Source: Pseudomonadota bacterium
GTDB lineage: Bacteria > UBA10199 > 2-02-FULL-44-16 > JAAZCA01
Assembly: GCA_043822785.1 (NCBI GenBank)
Contig: JBDRBN010000067.1
Span: 1 to 36,481 of the forward strand
Direction of reading: 5' to 3'
DNA: 36,481 bases
Shown here: positions 18,645 through 27,891 of the stretch, one piece after another
How the letters are laid out: every line of letters starts with the position of its first letter
Numbering within the stretch: position 1 is the first letter of the stretch
Notes under the pieces: model-generated
Database searches by the model: none
The model's input: only the letters and a program-made list of their open reading frames with translations
What the model was told of the DNA's origin: nothing
Position numbers and translations under genes: made by a program

Positions 18645-18784
18645 ACTTGACAAAAAGGCTTTAAATTCGGCACGTTGACATTGTATCGTTATAGTATCGC
18701 GTAATAAAAAATTTATTATTATTACGTTTCTGCGCAACAATGTCAGGGTAAAACCGATACCCACAATGCTGTGTCGGATATCCT

Positions 18785-20389
18785 ATGACTATACGACCGC
18801 TTGACACAGGCTGGTTTAAGTTGCAAAGCGCTGCCCTTGAGCAGGCTGTTGTGCTATTGACACACACTGTTAAGCCAGCGGAATCAGTTCAAAACTCCCT
18901 TCCAGAGTTATATCGAATCTTCTGCGATCGGTTCGGAATGCCAGATTCAGGCGAAGATCATATTAGGGTATCTCGCTTTGCTGATTCGCTTACTGCCTTT
19001 GCGCATTCTCGTATATTAGGTGATGCAAAACCTTCGAGCGATGAACTTGCAAGGTTTTTCAGAATGTTCTGCGCAGCAGGTGCGGACATCTCTGCAGAGG
19101 ATGCAGAAGTTTTCCTTCAAAAGATCGAAGCACAAGGATTTCGCAAAGCTATGATAGCAGGGGTGGCAAATGCAATTCAATCATTTGAAGCGGTTGCGCG
19201 GTCAAAATTAGGAAGCCAGTCCTCAGCACAGCATGCAGATTGCTTAAAGGAAGCTCTGCAGGGAATGGAAAGTGGGGATCAAACGCGTGTGGCACTTCTT
19301 TTAAACCTTGTTTTAGGCGAGCAGATGCATGCTCACGTCAAGTCATTTGGTCATCGTCTAAACATCTGGTTCTTTAATGAATTTGTAGAGATATTGAGCA
19401 AGGGGATTGCAGAAATTGAGAGGGGGATTCAAAGTGGGGATGAGGCTCTTTATTCAAGCGCTGTAAGCGAGTTACAAAAGCAAAACGACGGCAGCGTGGT
19501 AATGATAAAGCAAGTGCAAGCTTTATCGCACAGCCTAAAAAGTGGCCCCTTGCGCAGTAGTTTTTATACAAATATTCCTGGTTTTAAATCAATGGGAGAC
19601 CGTTGGGATGCGCTATTGGTTCGCTTAACTACGCTTGCACACGACTTTAATAATATGCTGACCGTCATATCGGCCAACATAGAGCTCCTTGGAAAGAGAA
19701 CTTTAGCAAACAAAGAAGAAATATGCGCGAATATAGATATGCTCAAAAGATTTGACTACAATTACGTTTACTCGCTCTTATATTCTGTTAACAGGTTGCT
19801 TGCCAAACATGACTGTGAAGTGGCAATCAATCTTAAAGTAGCAGATGGGCTTTTGTCTTTGAAAATCCCCAAAATATTTCGTGGCGCCCTCTTTAGGATC
19901 GTGTTCGAGCTTTGTTTGAATGCTATTAAATATAGAGATAAAAGAAAGGATGAACCGTTTGTTAGAATTGAAGCAAGAATGGAAAAACAATTGTTAAGGA
20001 TCACAGTTGCCGACAACGGCTTGGGTATAAAAGATGTGGACAAAGTATTATTGACTAGCATGCGAGAGCATCCAGATCTTGCTCCGGGCACTGGCTTGGG
20101 CTTTGCCAGCATCATGGGGCTTGCCGAGCGCAAAGGTTGGATCGTCATCATCGATTCTAAAAAAGGAAGGGGCACCAGGGCAGCAGTCGAGATCGACACT
20201 AAGATGTGGCATGGAGAAGAATCCAGTGGAAACCAAATTGCTGGCGGGATGAGTGGTATTCCCCATGCCTCTATTTACCAGGCGTCGTTTGACGTGCATG
20301 CGCATGGGTTTGTGGGCTATGAGCCGATGATACACATGGGTTTCATGAGTTTAGTGATGCCTTTCAAGCTACCGTTCAAAATGTTGTGA
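18785..20389 (+). CDS. Soluble sensor histidine kinase-like protein (HisKA plus HATPase_c)
   Basis: H box LAHDFNNML, N box ELCLNAIKY, G1 VADNGLGI, G2 GTGLGF; N-terminal ~280 aa unrecognised. Confidence 0.8.
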   Translation: MTIRPLDTGWFKLQSAALEQAVVLLTHTVKPAESVQNSLPELYRIFCDRFGMPDSGEDHIRVSRFADSLTAFAHSRILGDAKPSSDELARFFRMFCAAGADISAEDAEVFLQKIEAQGFRKAMIAGVANAIQSFEAVARSKLGSQSSAQHADCLKEALQGMESGDQTRVALLLNLVLGEQMHAHVKSFGHRLNIWFFNEFVEILSKGIAEIERGIQSGDEALYSSAVSELQKQNDGSVVMIKQVQALSHSLKSGPLRSSFYTNIPGFKSMGDRWDALLVRLTTLAHDFNNMLTVISANIELLGKRTLANKEEICANIDMLKRFDYNYVYSLLYSVNRLLAKHDCEVAINLKVADGLLSLKIPKIFRGALFRIVFELCLNAIKYRDKRKDEPFVRIEARMEKQLLRITVADNGLGIKDVDKVLLTSMREHPDLAPGTGLGFASIMGLAERKGWIVIIDSKKGRGTRAAVEIDTKMWHGEESSGNQIAGGMSGIPHASIYQASFDVHAHGFVGYEPMIHMGFMSLVMPFKLPFKML

Positions 20390-20866
20390 ACGTTTTTATC
20401 AGCATTATAAGACGTTCATGCTTGACATGGCTTTTATCATGCATTAAATGCCATTTTTTCATTTAGGGAAAAGCTATGAGCTTCACAAAAAAAATAAGAG
20501 CCAATCCACGGCGTTACCTCCGTATGTTCAGACCCACCATTTCCAACATGGATATGTGAACTCAGCAGAAATAAACACACAATTTTTCGAGTTCTTAAAA
20601 AACATTCGCGGCAGTGCTTCTGGTAATCATAAAAGCATATGCTGCCTATAAGGGAGTTGGAAGTTGAATTTATCTTCACAAAGATTGAAGAGTTCGCACA
20701 TTGCCCAGGCTGAGGTCACGTGTATCCGCATGAGCTATTATCTTACTGAGGATATCAACGGGTTTTCGACCTCAGGCAATTCACCGCCACAAGGCATTCA
20801 CACATCGATCCTGCCAAAGATCACATCGCCTTCATATGCATGCGCCAAACCTTGGGAGGCGCGAGC

Positions 20867-22147
20867 ATGAGATTTCCCTCTATCCAATATAGCTTTCCTG
20901 CATTCGCAACAATGGCAACTGTTGGTGGACTTTGCCTGGGTTCCTATTTGGCTCCACCAATTCAACCTGTTGTATTTCCTACGCGCAAGACTGAAACGCC
21001 AAATGATACGCCTGAGGCGCCCCCTAAGCCTACGCATAGCAAGCATACAGAGGATTCATATACGTATGTGCAGCTGAGCAGAGGATTTGTCTATCCCCTC
21101 ACCAATTCTTTGGTCGATCCTTTTGCATCATACATGGATGCCAAAGGTGGATATTGGATGAACTACTCTTTTCGCACGCAAGATCCACGCAATCCAATGT
21201 TTGACCAGAAAATCAATCGTATTTTTTTCAGCAGAAAGAGTGAAGCAGGTCGTTGGGCCAGAGGTGCTTTTTTGCCGGCAGAATATAATGGCCGTCCGCT
21301 TACAGCTAGTGATCAAGTCAAACTGCGACAAGACGGCGCTATGTTTCGCAGTTGGGGTAATTATCTCACGGCAGTTCCTCATGCTCTTAGGTTAGGGACC
21401 AATGTCATCGCGCTGAACGAGCTTGCAAAAAATGGTAAGGGCAACGGCTTGCTCGAAAAGGCCGTGGTTATGAGCGACACTGCTGCGGTTGTTGGCCACT
21501 GTACAGACATCCCGCTTTATGCGTATGGCCTTGGGCAAATTTCCCGCGGCAATGAAGCAGGGGCCGTGCCAGCGCTTATGGGGGCTCATCGTGTCAATAT
21601 CGTGAGCAACACTATACAGATGCTCACAGGAGGGCTTCGCATATATACCGAGTCACAGCGAAACAAGCTTACTGGAAAATCCAATCCTTCAGTATATCTA
21701 TATAGCTTTCTGGATATTGGCATGGGTCTATATTTTGGCCTGCTTTCTTTATATCTTCTACGCCGTGTGCGTCAGTTTAGGCGAAGCAAAGAGGGCGCAG
21801 ATGTGCAGGCTCAAAACAATATTCTTCTGTGCATCACGAAGATTCCCACCTCGATTCAGGACAGCATGAGGCTGTTCGCTGCATTTGGTGCTGCATCAGG
21901 TATTGGTGTGAACGCTACGCTGTTTTATCACTCAATGCTCACAAACTCGATGCTTCAGCAATACGCTGATCGCATTGCAACCTCCAGTTCCCTGGGGCTC
22001 TTGGCAGGTGGCTTTGCATTTGCATCTGCGCTTTTATATACACCGGCAAGCCTCCCGATCGCGCGCGCTTTTTGGGGATTCAACGCCCTGTTTCTCTCTG
22101 CACAAACTCTGCATGACCTCTGGCCCAACCTAAAAGAACTCTTTTGA
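20867..22147 (+). CDS. Hypothetical membrane protein
   Basis: Long ORF; GGAGG RBS before ATG 20867; N-terminal hydrophobic segment and several C-terminal hydrophobic helices. Confidence 0.7.
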   Translation: MRFPSIQYSFPAFATMATVGGLCLGSYLAPPIQPVVFPTRKTETPNDTPEAPPKPTHSKHTEDSYTYVQLSRGFVYPLTNSLVDPFASYMDAKGGYWMNYSFRTQDPRNPMFDQKINRIFFSRKSEAGRWARGAFLPAEYNGRPLTASDQVKLRQDGAMFRSWGNYLTAVPHALRLGTNVIALNELAKNGKGNGLLEKAVVMSDTAAVVGHCTDIPLYAYGLGQISRGNEAGAVPALMGAHRVNIVSNTIQMLTGGLRIYTESQRNKLTGKSNPSVYLYSFLDIGMGLYFGLLSLYLLRRVRQFRRSKEGADVQAQNNILLCITKIPTSIQDSMRLFAAFGAASGIGVNATLFYHSMLTNSMLQQYADRIATSSSLGLLAGGFAFASALLYTPASLPIARAFWGFNALFLSAQTLHDLWPNLKELF

Positions 22148-22219
22148 TTTGGGTGGCCTTGTACTGGTTGAAGTGTTACATTCCTGTCATTCCGAAATCA
22201 CAAAAATAGGGGTTTTGTT

Positions 22220-23062
22220 ATGCTAAGGAACACATTCAAATCCGCAGAGATTGTATCCACCAAAGAAGGCAGGCAATATCATATAGGATGCGCGCCAGGG
22301 GATGTGGCGCAAAATATACTTTTGTGCGGCGATCCTGATAGGGCACACCGGGTTGCAGATTATTTTGATGAGATCAACAAGCCCATGCTTTCTCGTGAAT
22401 ACGTAACCATCACTGGTAAATACAAAAACATGCCCATGACCGTAATGGCAACCGGCATGGGACCAGACAACACAGAAATCGCAGTAGTCGAGCTCTCACA
22501 GATCGTTAAGAAACCCACATTCATTCGCATCGGTTCCTCAGGCGGATTAAAGAAGGATATAGAACTAGCAGATTTAGTGATATCACAAGGTGCAGTCCGT
22601 CTTGAAAACACATCCACATCGTTTGTAGTTGAAGGCTATCCAGCGCTTGCGCACCATGAAGTAGTGTTGGCGCTTTTGGAGGCAGCCAGAAGAAACCGTT
22701 TTCCATATCACTTAGGCCTTACTGCAACTGCATCTGGTTTCTACGGTGCGCAGGCCCGCAACGTGCCAGGCTTTGCGCCACGCGATCCCGAACTTCCTGC
22801 CAAGTTAGATGCCATGAACGTAGCCAATATGGAGATGGAGTGTTCTACTCTATTCACGCTCGCCACACTCTCCGGCGCCAGGGCAGGCGCGGTGTGCGCC
22901 ATTTACGCCAACCGTCATAAGAACAAATTCGTCGATTCCGAGACTAAGGATCTAGCTGAGAAGCGCTGCATTGAGACAGGGCTAGCTGCCTTTGAGATCC
23001 TTGCCATGATGGACGAGGCGAAAGGCGATGCGGCGTTATGGACACCAACCATGGGAATATAA
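22220..23062 (+). CDS. udp: Uridine phosphorylase (PNP/UDP family 1)
   Basis: QYHIG, GDPDR, REY, TGMG, IRIGSSG, GFYGAQ-R, NMEME. Confidence 0.88.
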   Translation: MLRNTFKSAEIVSTKEGRQYHIGCAPGDVAQNILLCGDPDRAHRVADYFDEINKPMLSREYVTITGKYKNMPMTVMATGMGPDNTEIAVVELSQIVKKPTFIRIGSSGGLKKDIELADLVISQGAVRLENTSTSFVVEGYPALAHHEVVLALLEAARRNRFPYHLGLTATASGFYGAQARNVPGFAPRDPELPAKLDAMNVANMEMECSTLFTLATLSGARAGAVCAIYANRHKNKFVDSETKDLAEKRCIETGLAAFEILAMMDEAKGDAALWTPTMGI

Positions 23063-23067
23063 TTACG

Positions 23068-23125
23068 CCAGCAACGCAAGCAACCCTTCGACTCGCATAG
23101 CTCGCTCAGGGCAAGCGCTAGCAAC
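23068..23125. repeat. Nonamer units surrounding a CCCTTCGAC...GCTCAGGGCAAGC hairpin element
   Basis: gccagcaac gcaagcaac [ccttcgactcgcatagctcgctcagggcaagc] gctagcaac. Confidence 0.7.
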
Positions 23126-23252
23126 GTAGGTTTTCTCCAGGGTTACAGGAAATCCAGCCATAATCGAACAAAGCGGTTGATTATGCCATGAAATAGCGCT
23201 ATAGAGCCACAAGCGCAGAACAGGTTCAATTTTATCACCAGAGGAGACAACT

Positions 23253-24641
23253 ATGAGACCTGTTGTTTTAACCATGTCTGCATGCATGTTGAGTGGCGCG
23301 TTAGCAGCCTGCATATTAAATAGGTCTGGTACGTTTGATGGATCCAGTACCTCAAGCGGCGGCACGGCTGGTTTAGGAGGTACGAACGTAACAGGCGGCA
23401 GCGGCGGCGTTGGTGGATTAGGAGGTGGAGGTTTTGGTGGCTCTGGAGGCCTTGGTGGCTCTGGAGGTATAGGTGGTAGCGGCGGTGTTGGCGGAACTGG
23501 TGGCGGCGGTGGTACTGGAGGTGGACAGACTACTGCTCCAACTGCTACCTTCTTTAATGTTGCGCCTTGTCCTGATTTGAAGAGCTTAAGCTACTATGCA
23601 ACCAGCAACTCATTTTTTGCAACTTGCGGCGCTGACAGCAGCCCACCAAATTCGCTTTTTCGATCTCCTCCTTTAAGCCAGAGCGGAACCTGGACATGGA
23701 CACCCGTTGGAACGCTTGGCAGCGGAACACCAGTACATCACATTCACTTAGGCGATAAATATTGGCTAGTAACTCACACAAGTCCAGCGGGCTTTACGAT
23801 CTTTGATGTAAATACCGCCACGCTCACTCAAAGCGTAATTTTTTCTGCCATCAACCCCCTAGATCCTTTGTATGCGCAAATAAAGGCTTTCATCAACAAC
23901 CCGGTTGGCGCGGCATTGTCGGGCGTTTATATCTGCGTTGCCACTCAAAACTACATTCAGCCAGAACCCAACCCAACTTTCAATGCCGGCAGCTTGATAT
24001 GCGCGCAGAACCAGGGCAATGGCACAGTATATGTTCCAGGCATAACAGCCATTTCTCCACAAACTGAGCCAGGTGTTATGATCAATCCAACCGGCGTTGC
24101 GCTTCTTGGCAGCGGGGACATGGCTGTAGTCTCGTCCAATACGTCCGCCGATAATCCAACCACCAATGCAAAGCTGCACGTATGTACGCCTCCATCAGGA
24201 CCATGTATTGAGGGGTCGCTCGGGCAGGTGCACGCGCAGACAATTCCTACCATCGCAAAAACACAAAGCGGCGCGCTTCTTTTAATAGGCATTCAGAAAC
24301 CAGACCCGGACAAGGGCTATAAAGAAGTAGCAGGAACCTCAACCACTTTTACGAAGGGGGGCATGAACGTACAAGGTTTCATCTCATCTATGAGCTCGTA
24401 TAACACACCAAATGACGAGCTAATCCTCGTAGGAAGCTCGGGCGTTTATGACATCATCAACGGCGCACTTCTCATATTCAACAAGACTCAAAACAAATGG
24501 AGCGGAACGCTGGAAACAGGATATCTTGGCGAGTGCGGCCCATCAGTTCTCATAGGCGATGATCATTACACAGCTGTAAAAGTAAATAATGGTGGCACGC
24601 CAGAGGGGCAAATCTATAAAGTAGATCTCAGTGGGTTGTAA
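23253..24641 (+). CDS. Putative lipoprotein with Gly-rich linker and beta-rich, Cys-containing C-terminal domain
   Basis: Signal peptide with ALAAC lipobox; about 60-aa GGxGG low-complexity tract; GAGGAG RBS. Confidence 0.8.
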   Translation: MRPVVLTMSACMLSGALAACILNRSGTFDGSSTSSGGTAGLGGTNVTGGSGGVGGLGGGGFGGSGGLGGSGGIGGSGGVGGTGGGGGTGGGQTTAPTATFFNVAPCPDLKSLSYYATSNSFFATCGADSSPPNSLFRSPPLSQSGTWTWTPVGTLGSGTPVHHIHLGDKYWLVTHTSPAGFTIFDVNTATLTQSVIFSAINPLDPLYAQIKAFINNPVGAALSGVYICVATQNYIQPEPNPTFNAGSLICAQNQGNGTVYVPGITAISPQTEPGVMINPTGVALLGSGDMAVVSSNTSADNPTTNAKLHVCTPPSGPCIEGSLGQVHAQTIPTIAKTQSGALLLIGIQKPDPDKGYKEVAGTSTTFTKGGMNVQGFISSMSSYNTPNDELILVGSSGVYDIINGALLIFNKTQNKWSGTLETGYLGECGPSVLIGDDHYTAVKVNNGGTPEGQIYKVDLSGL

Positions 24642-24647
24642 ACTAGA

Positions 24648-24745
24648 TGTCATTGCGAGTGACGAGCGGGAGCGAAGCAATCTCAGAATATACAAACGGG
24701 GATTGCTTCGTCATGAGCACTCAGCGCTCATGACTCGCAATGACA
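24648..24745. repeat. TGTC-type palindromic doublet between convergent genes
   Basis: TGTCATTGCGAG...GAAGCAATCTC...GGGATTGCTTCGTCATGAGC...GCTCATGACTCGCAATGACA. Confidence 0.92.
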
Positions 24746-24753
24746 GTGTTGTA

Positions 24754-26532
24754 TTAGTAGAAGTATGCAGCGCCTGCATCAACAACTGCACCTTGATCAA
24801 CGAAGTTTGCTCCGATCACGATAAGATCCTCATAAATTCCAACTGAAACTCCGAACTGATCTCCGGCAGCACCATCTGATGCCAGAAGCTTAGCCTCTTC
24901 AGACCAGGTTGAGCTCGCATTCTTAAATACAAATGCTGCACCTGCGTCAGCAGCTGTGTCATCGTTGAGATATGCGCCAACTACTGCATAGTCGTCGCTA
25001 ATAGAGCAGGACTCTCCGAACTTATCGCCTGCTGTGCTGGATGATGGTGTAACCTCTTGCTCTTCAGCCCATGCTCCGCCAGTGTATCGCAATATGATGG
25101 CGCTTTGTTTTCCTGTTAGACCAGCAATTGCCACATCGTCATCTATTGAAACGCACGAGCCAACAAGTCCGTTCGTATCATCTCCACCGTAGAAAAGATC
25201 GAGTGTAAGTGAGTTTAGCGAGTAAATATAAACGGCTCCTCCATTAAGAGCATTTGCATCATTATACGGTGCACCAACTGCGCCGACATTTCCGCTTATA
25301 GCTACAGAATAGCCATATTTGTCATTATCTCCTGCGCCATGAATTGCCGTTTCTACTGCCCAGTTTGAGGTGGACCAAAAATACATTGATCCGCAATCGA
25401 TCTTGCCGCCAAAGTCGTCGTCAGAAGCACCCACAGCCGCATATCCGCTGCTTATCGCAACAGACTTTCCAAACTTATCGCCATTGGCACCATCTGATGC
25501 CATGAGCGTTTGCTCTTGCGCCCAAGTGGTACCTGTGCGTTTAAATACTACGGCCAGACCTGAGAAGTTGACATTGCCATTGCCTGTGGGATTGCCGACG
25601 ATCGCATAGTTGCCGCTTATTGCTACAGCCTGTCCATATGTGCCGTTGGTGGTGATGGCACCTGGGGGTGCGAGCTCTGCCTCCTTTGACCACTGGCCAC
25701 TTGCGTATCTATATACAAATGCAGTACCGTTGTTTGCATTGTAGTGCGGCGCGCCTATGATTGCAGTGTCGCCGCTTATGGCCACTGCATAACCAAACTC
25801 ATCGCTTGCTGCTGGCGTGTCAGCTGCAATTTCTTCTATCTCAGCTTGTGAAAACTCAGGAGTTGCTGATTTCTCTTCTGATAGCGTGCCTTCACCTGCA
25901 GCATTAACTGCTGCGACTCTGTAAAAATATGTATTTAGGTTGCTTAGATCAATGTGGACGTAGTTATCAGCAGTGGATGTCTCTCTGTTTGGCGTATCAG
26001 CATTAATGCCTGCAGTTATATTCCAATAAATGTTGTAGGATGTAGCGCCATCAACTGCATCCCAGTCTAGACTCAATTGTTTGTTGCCAGCTGCGATGGC
26101 AAGCCCCTGTGGAGCACCTGGTACGCTATCTGCATTATCTGACAGACCAAGCTGGGGAGTTGCACTGACTTCTGCTGAAAGATCTCCTTCGCCTGCAGAG
26201 TTCTTTGCAGCGATGGCATAATAGTATGTGGTGGCATTAGTTAAGCCTTCGTGTACGTATGAGGATGTAGTGGCTTCAATGCTTTGGCTTGCTTTTGTGA
26301 TGGTTTTTGTGATGCCGGCTGTTGTATCCCAGTAGAGCACGTAGCTATCTGCTCCATCCACGGCGTTCCATTCGAGCGTAACTTTTGCATCGCCAGCAGT
26401 GGCACTAAGCCCACTGGGCGCAACCAAGCTTGGGTTTGTCGAACTACCACTTCCGCCACCGCACGAGGCAAAAGAAAAGGAGCTGGCAAGCACAAACGAG
26501 AGTATTATCAGTGATATGTTCTTAGGGTTCAT
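24754..26532 (-). CDS. Lipoprotein with two fibronectin type III domains and an FG-GAP repeat beta-propeller
   Basis: FASC lipobox; 2x P-GL-A-AG---L-W-AVDGA-SY--YW...YY---A-N-AGEG-LS-E-SATP; repeated D-FG-SVAISG---VGA; GGAGG RBS. Confidence 0.88.
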   Translation of the reverse strand: MNPKNISLIILSFVLASSFSFASCGGGSGSSTNPSLVAPSGLSATAGDAKVTLEWNAVDGADSYVLYWDTTAGITKTITKASQSIEATTSSYVHEGLTNATTYYYAIAAKNSAGEGDLSAEVSATPQLGLSDNADSVPGAPQGLAIAAGNKQLSLDWDAVDGATSYNIYWNITAGINADTPNRETSTADNYVHIDLSNLNTYFYRVAAVNAAGEGTLSEEKSATPEFSQAEIEEIAADTPAASDEFGYAVAISGDTAIIGAPHYNANNGTAFVYRYASGQWSKEAELAPPGAITTNGTYGQAVAISGNYAIVGNPTGNGNVNFSGLAVVFKRTGTTWAQEQTLMASDGANGDKFGKSVAISSGYAAVGASDDDFGGKIDCGSMYFWSTSNWAVETAIHGAGDNDKYGYSVAISGNVGAVGAPYNDANALNGGAVYIYSLNSLTLDLFYGGDDTNGLVGSCVSIDDDVAIAGLTGKQSAIILRYTGGAWAEEQEVTPSSSTAGDKFGESCSISDDYAVVGAYLNDDTAADAGAAFVFKNASSTWSEEAKLLASDGAAGDQFGVSVGIYEDLIVIGANFVDQGAVVDAGAAYFY

Positions 26533-26610
26533 AATCCCTCCAGGCACGTATTTTCATGTGTTTTAGAGGCCCCCTTATACGACTATTGGCTTGAATTTAC
26601 AAGATGCAAC

Positions 26611-27105
26611 TTATTCGACTCCTTCTAATTTCAGAAGCCTTCTCTTAAGATCGATACCGCCTGAGAATCCACCTATGCTGCCGTCAGATGCAATCACCCG
26701 ATGGCATGGAATGATAATAGGCACTGGATTTGCCCCACATGCATTAGCTGCTGCGCGCACGGCTTTTGAATTACCTGCTTGCGCAGCAAGCCATGAGTAA
26801 CTGCGAGTCTCGCCCCACGGTATTTTTGCAATGGCTTTCCAAACTCTGCGCTGAAAGGGCGTGCCGTACAAATCCAAACAAGCTCTGAAACGCACGCGCT
26901 TGCCTTTTGCCAGATCAGAGATCTGTTTGATGATTGTATTAAAGCGCGCTTCATCCTCTTTGTATCCATCATTTTCACAAAGCCCGTTTAGAAACTTTCT
27001 AAGATTGCCGCCTATGGATATGTGCATGATGCCGCTCTTGGTTGCTGCGATCCAAATTCTGCCAATCCCTGCAATATATGGCTTAGCCATGTAGAGTTGT
27101 GACAT
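26611..27105 (-). CDS. ogt: Methylated-DNA--protein-cysteine methyltransferase
   Basis: GTPFQRRVW, IPWGETRSY, RA-A-ACGANP-PIIIPCHRVI, GGFSGG--LK--LL-LEG; real start about 27105. Confidence 0.93.
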   Translation of the reverse strand: MSQLYMAKPYIAGIGRIWIAATKSGIMHISIGGNLRKFLNGLCENDGYKEDEARFNTIIKQISDLAKGKRVRFRACLDLYGTPFQRRVWKAIAKIPWGETRSYSWLAAQAGNSKAVRAAANACGANPVPIIIPCHRVIASDGSIGGFSGGIDLKRRLLKLEGVE

Positions 27106-27360
27106 GAGGGTAGAAAAGGATATCCCATGATTTCTGTCAATAGATCGGTCAATATCCACTTCCGCATCCACTTCCCGATACAAACCGGACGCGGAATTGG
27201 GCGCGGAAGCGGGCCATATCCCCGTCAATAATCCGACAGAAAAATTGTTAACTTTTCTGATATTGAGAACTTTTCTTGATTTGAGAGTGCACTTAATTTG
27301 GCACACTTCATTATTCCCTTTGTTAACAATAAGTTGCAATGTTGAATTAAAAAACATGCA

Positions 27361-27376
27361 TGGCACGCTACCTGCA
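27361..27376 (+). promoter_or_regulatory. Sigma54 (-24/-12) promoter
   Basis: TGGCACG-CTAC-CTGCA versus consensus TGGCACG-N4-TTGCW (one mismatch), 34 bp before ATG 27410. Confidence 0.65.
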
Positions 27377-27409
27377 TATTCTTTTTGTAAAACAAGATTG
27401 GGGGGCAAT

Positions 27410-27793
27410 ATGAGGGAAAAAAAGGAGCGACTAACGGTGGCTGAGAACGCCGGATCCACGCAGCATTCTGCTCCGGATCTCATTCGCCTCATGCGCGGTG
27501 TGTCCAGGCATGCTGGCCAGTTGAAAAAGGCAGCGCCAGATAGCGTTATCGCAATATATAAGGACCGACTTACATATACCTTTATTATGAACGAGGAAGT
27601 GGCATCCATACATTTTGACCGTTCAAAAGGAGAGATATTCTTTAGAGGACATAATATAAGCCACATGGATTTAGGTGCCCAGGAGCGAAAATCGCTCATT
27701 TCTCTCATAGGCGTCCTGGAGGAGGTTGAGGGAGGCACTGAATTTCTTTCCGCTTATTCCGCAACTTTAGATAGGGTATTAGCCGATAAGTAA
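27410..27793 (+). CDS. Hypothetical protein (127 aa)
   Basis: GGGGG RBS, globular composition, followed by a terminator-like hairpin. Confidence 0.7.
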   Translation: MREKKERLTVAENAGSTQHSAPDLIRLMRGVSRHAGQLKKAAPDSVIAIYKDRLTYTFIMNEEVASIHFDRSKGEIFFRGHNISHMDLGAQERKSLISLIGVLEEVEGGTEFLSAYSATLDRVLADK

Positions 27794-27803
27794 TATGAGG
27801 GGT

Positions 27804-27827
27804 GAAAAAAGCGCTGCGCGCTTTTTC
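27804..27827 (+). terminator. Putative intrinsic terminator, possibly bidirectional
   Basis: AAAAAGCGC-TGC-GCGCTTTTT. Confidence 0.5.
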
Positions 27828-27852
27828 GTAATTCGTTCTTCGTAATTCGTTT
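27825..27852. repeat. Heptamer array (TTCGTNN)x4
   Basis: ttcgtaa ttcgttc ttcgtaa ttcgttt. Confidence 0.8.
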
Positions 27853-27891
27853 TTTAAGATTCATATCCCGGATTCAACGTACTATGCAAAT

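Noticed and set aside
18647..18700. Two TTGACA hexamers before the histidine kinase as a defined promoter
   Set aside because: Neither has a convincing -10 element at 16-18 bp spacing.
20437..20870. Short ORFs 20448-20651, 20664-20870 and 20437-20679
   Set aside because: No recognisable motifs or clear RBS; cannot be supported as genes.
22185..22199. TGTCATTCCGAAATC as another repeat copy
   Set aside because: Only the left 11 nt match; the complementary GGAAT arm is missing, so it is at best a decayed fragment.
23350..23525. GGN-rich tract as a DNA repeat element
   Set aside because: Explained by the Gly-rich protein linker; third codon positions vary.
27106..27738. 375-aa Ogt fusion with a novel N-terminal domain
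   Set aside because: The extension runs antisense to the 27410-27793 gene and across the promoter region, and lacks Ada Zn-finger or AraC motifs; most likely a chance open frame.
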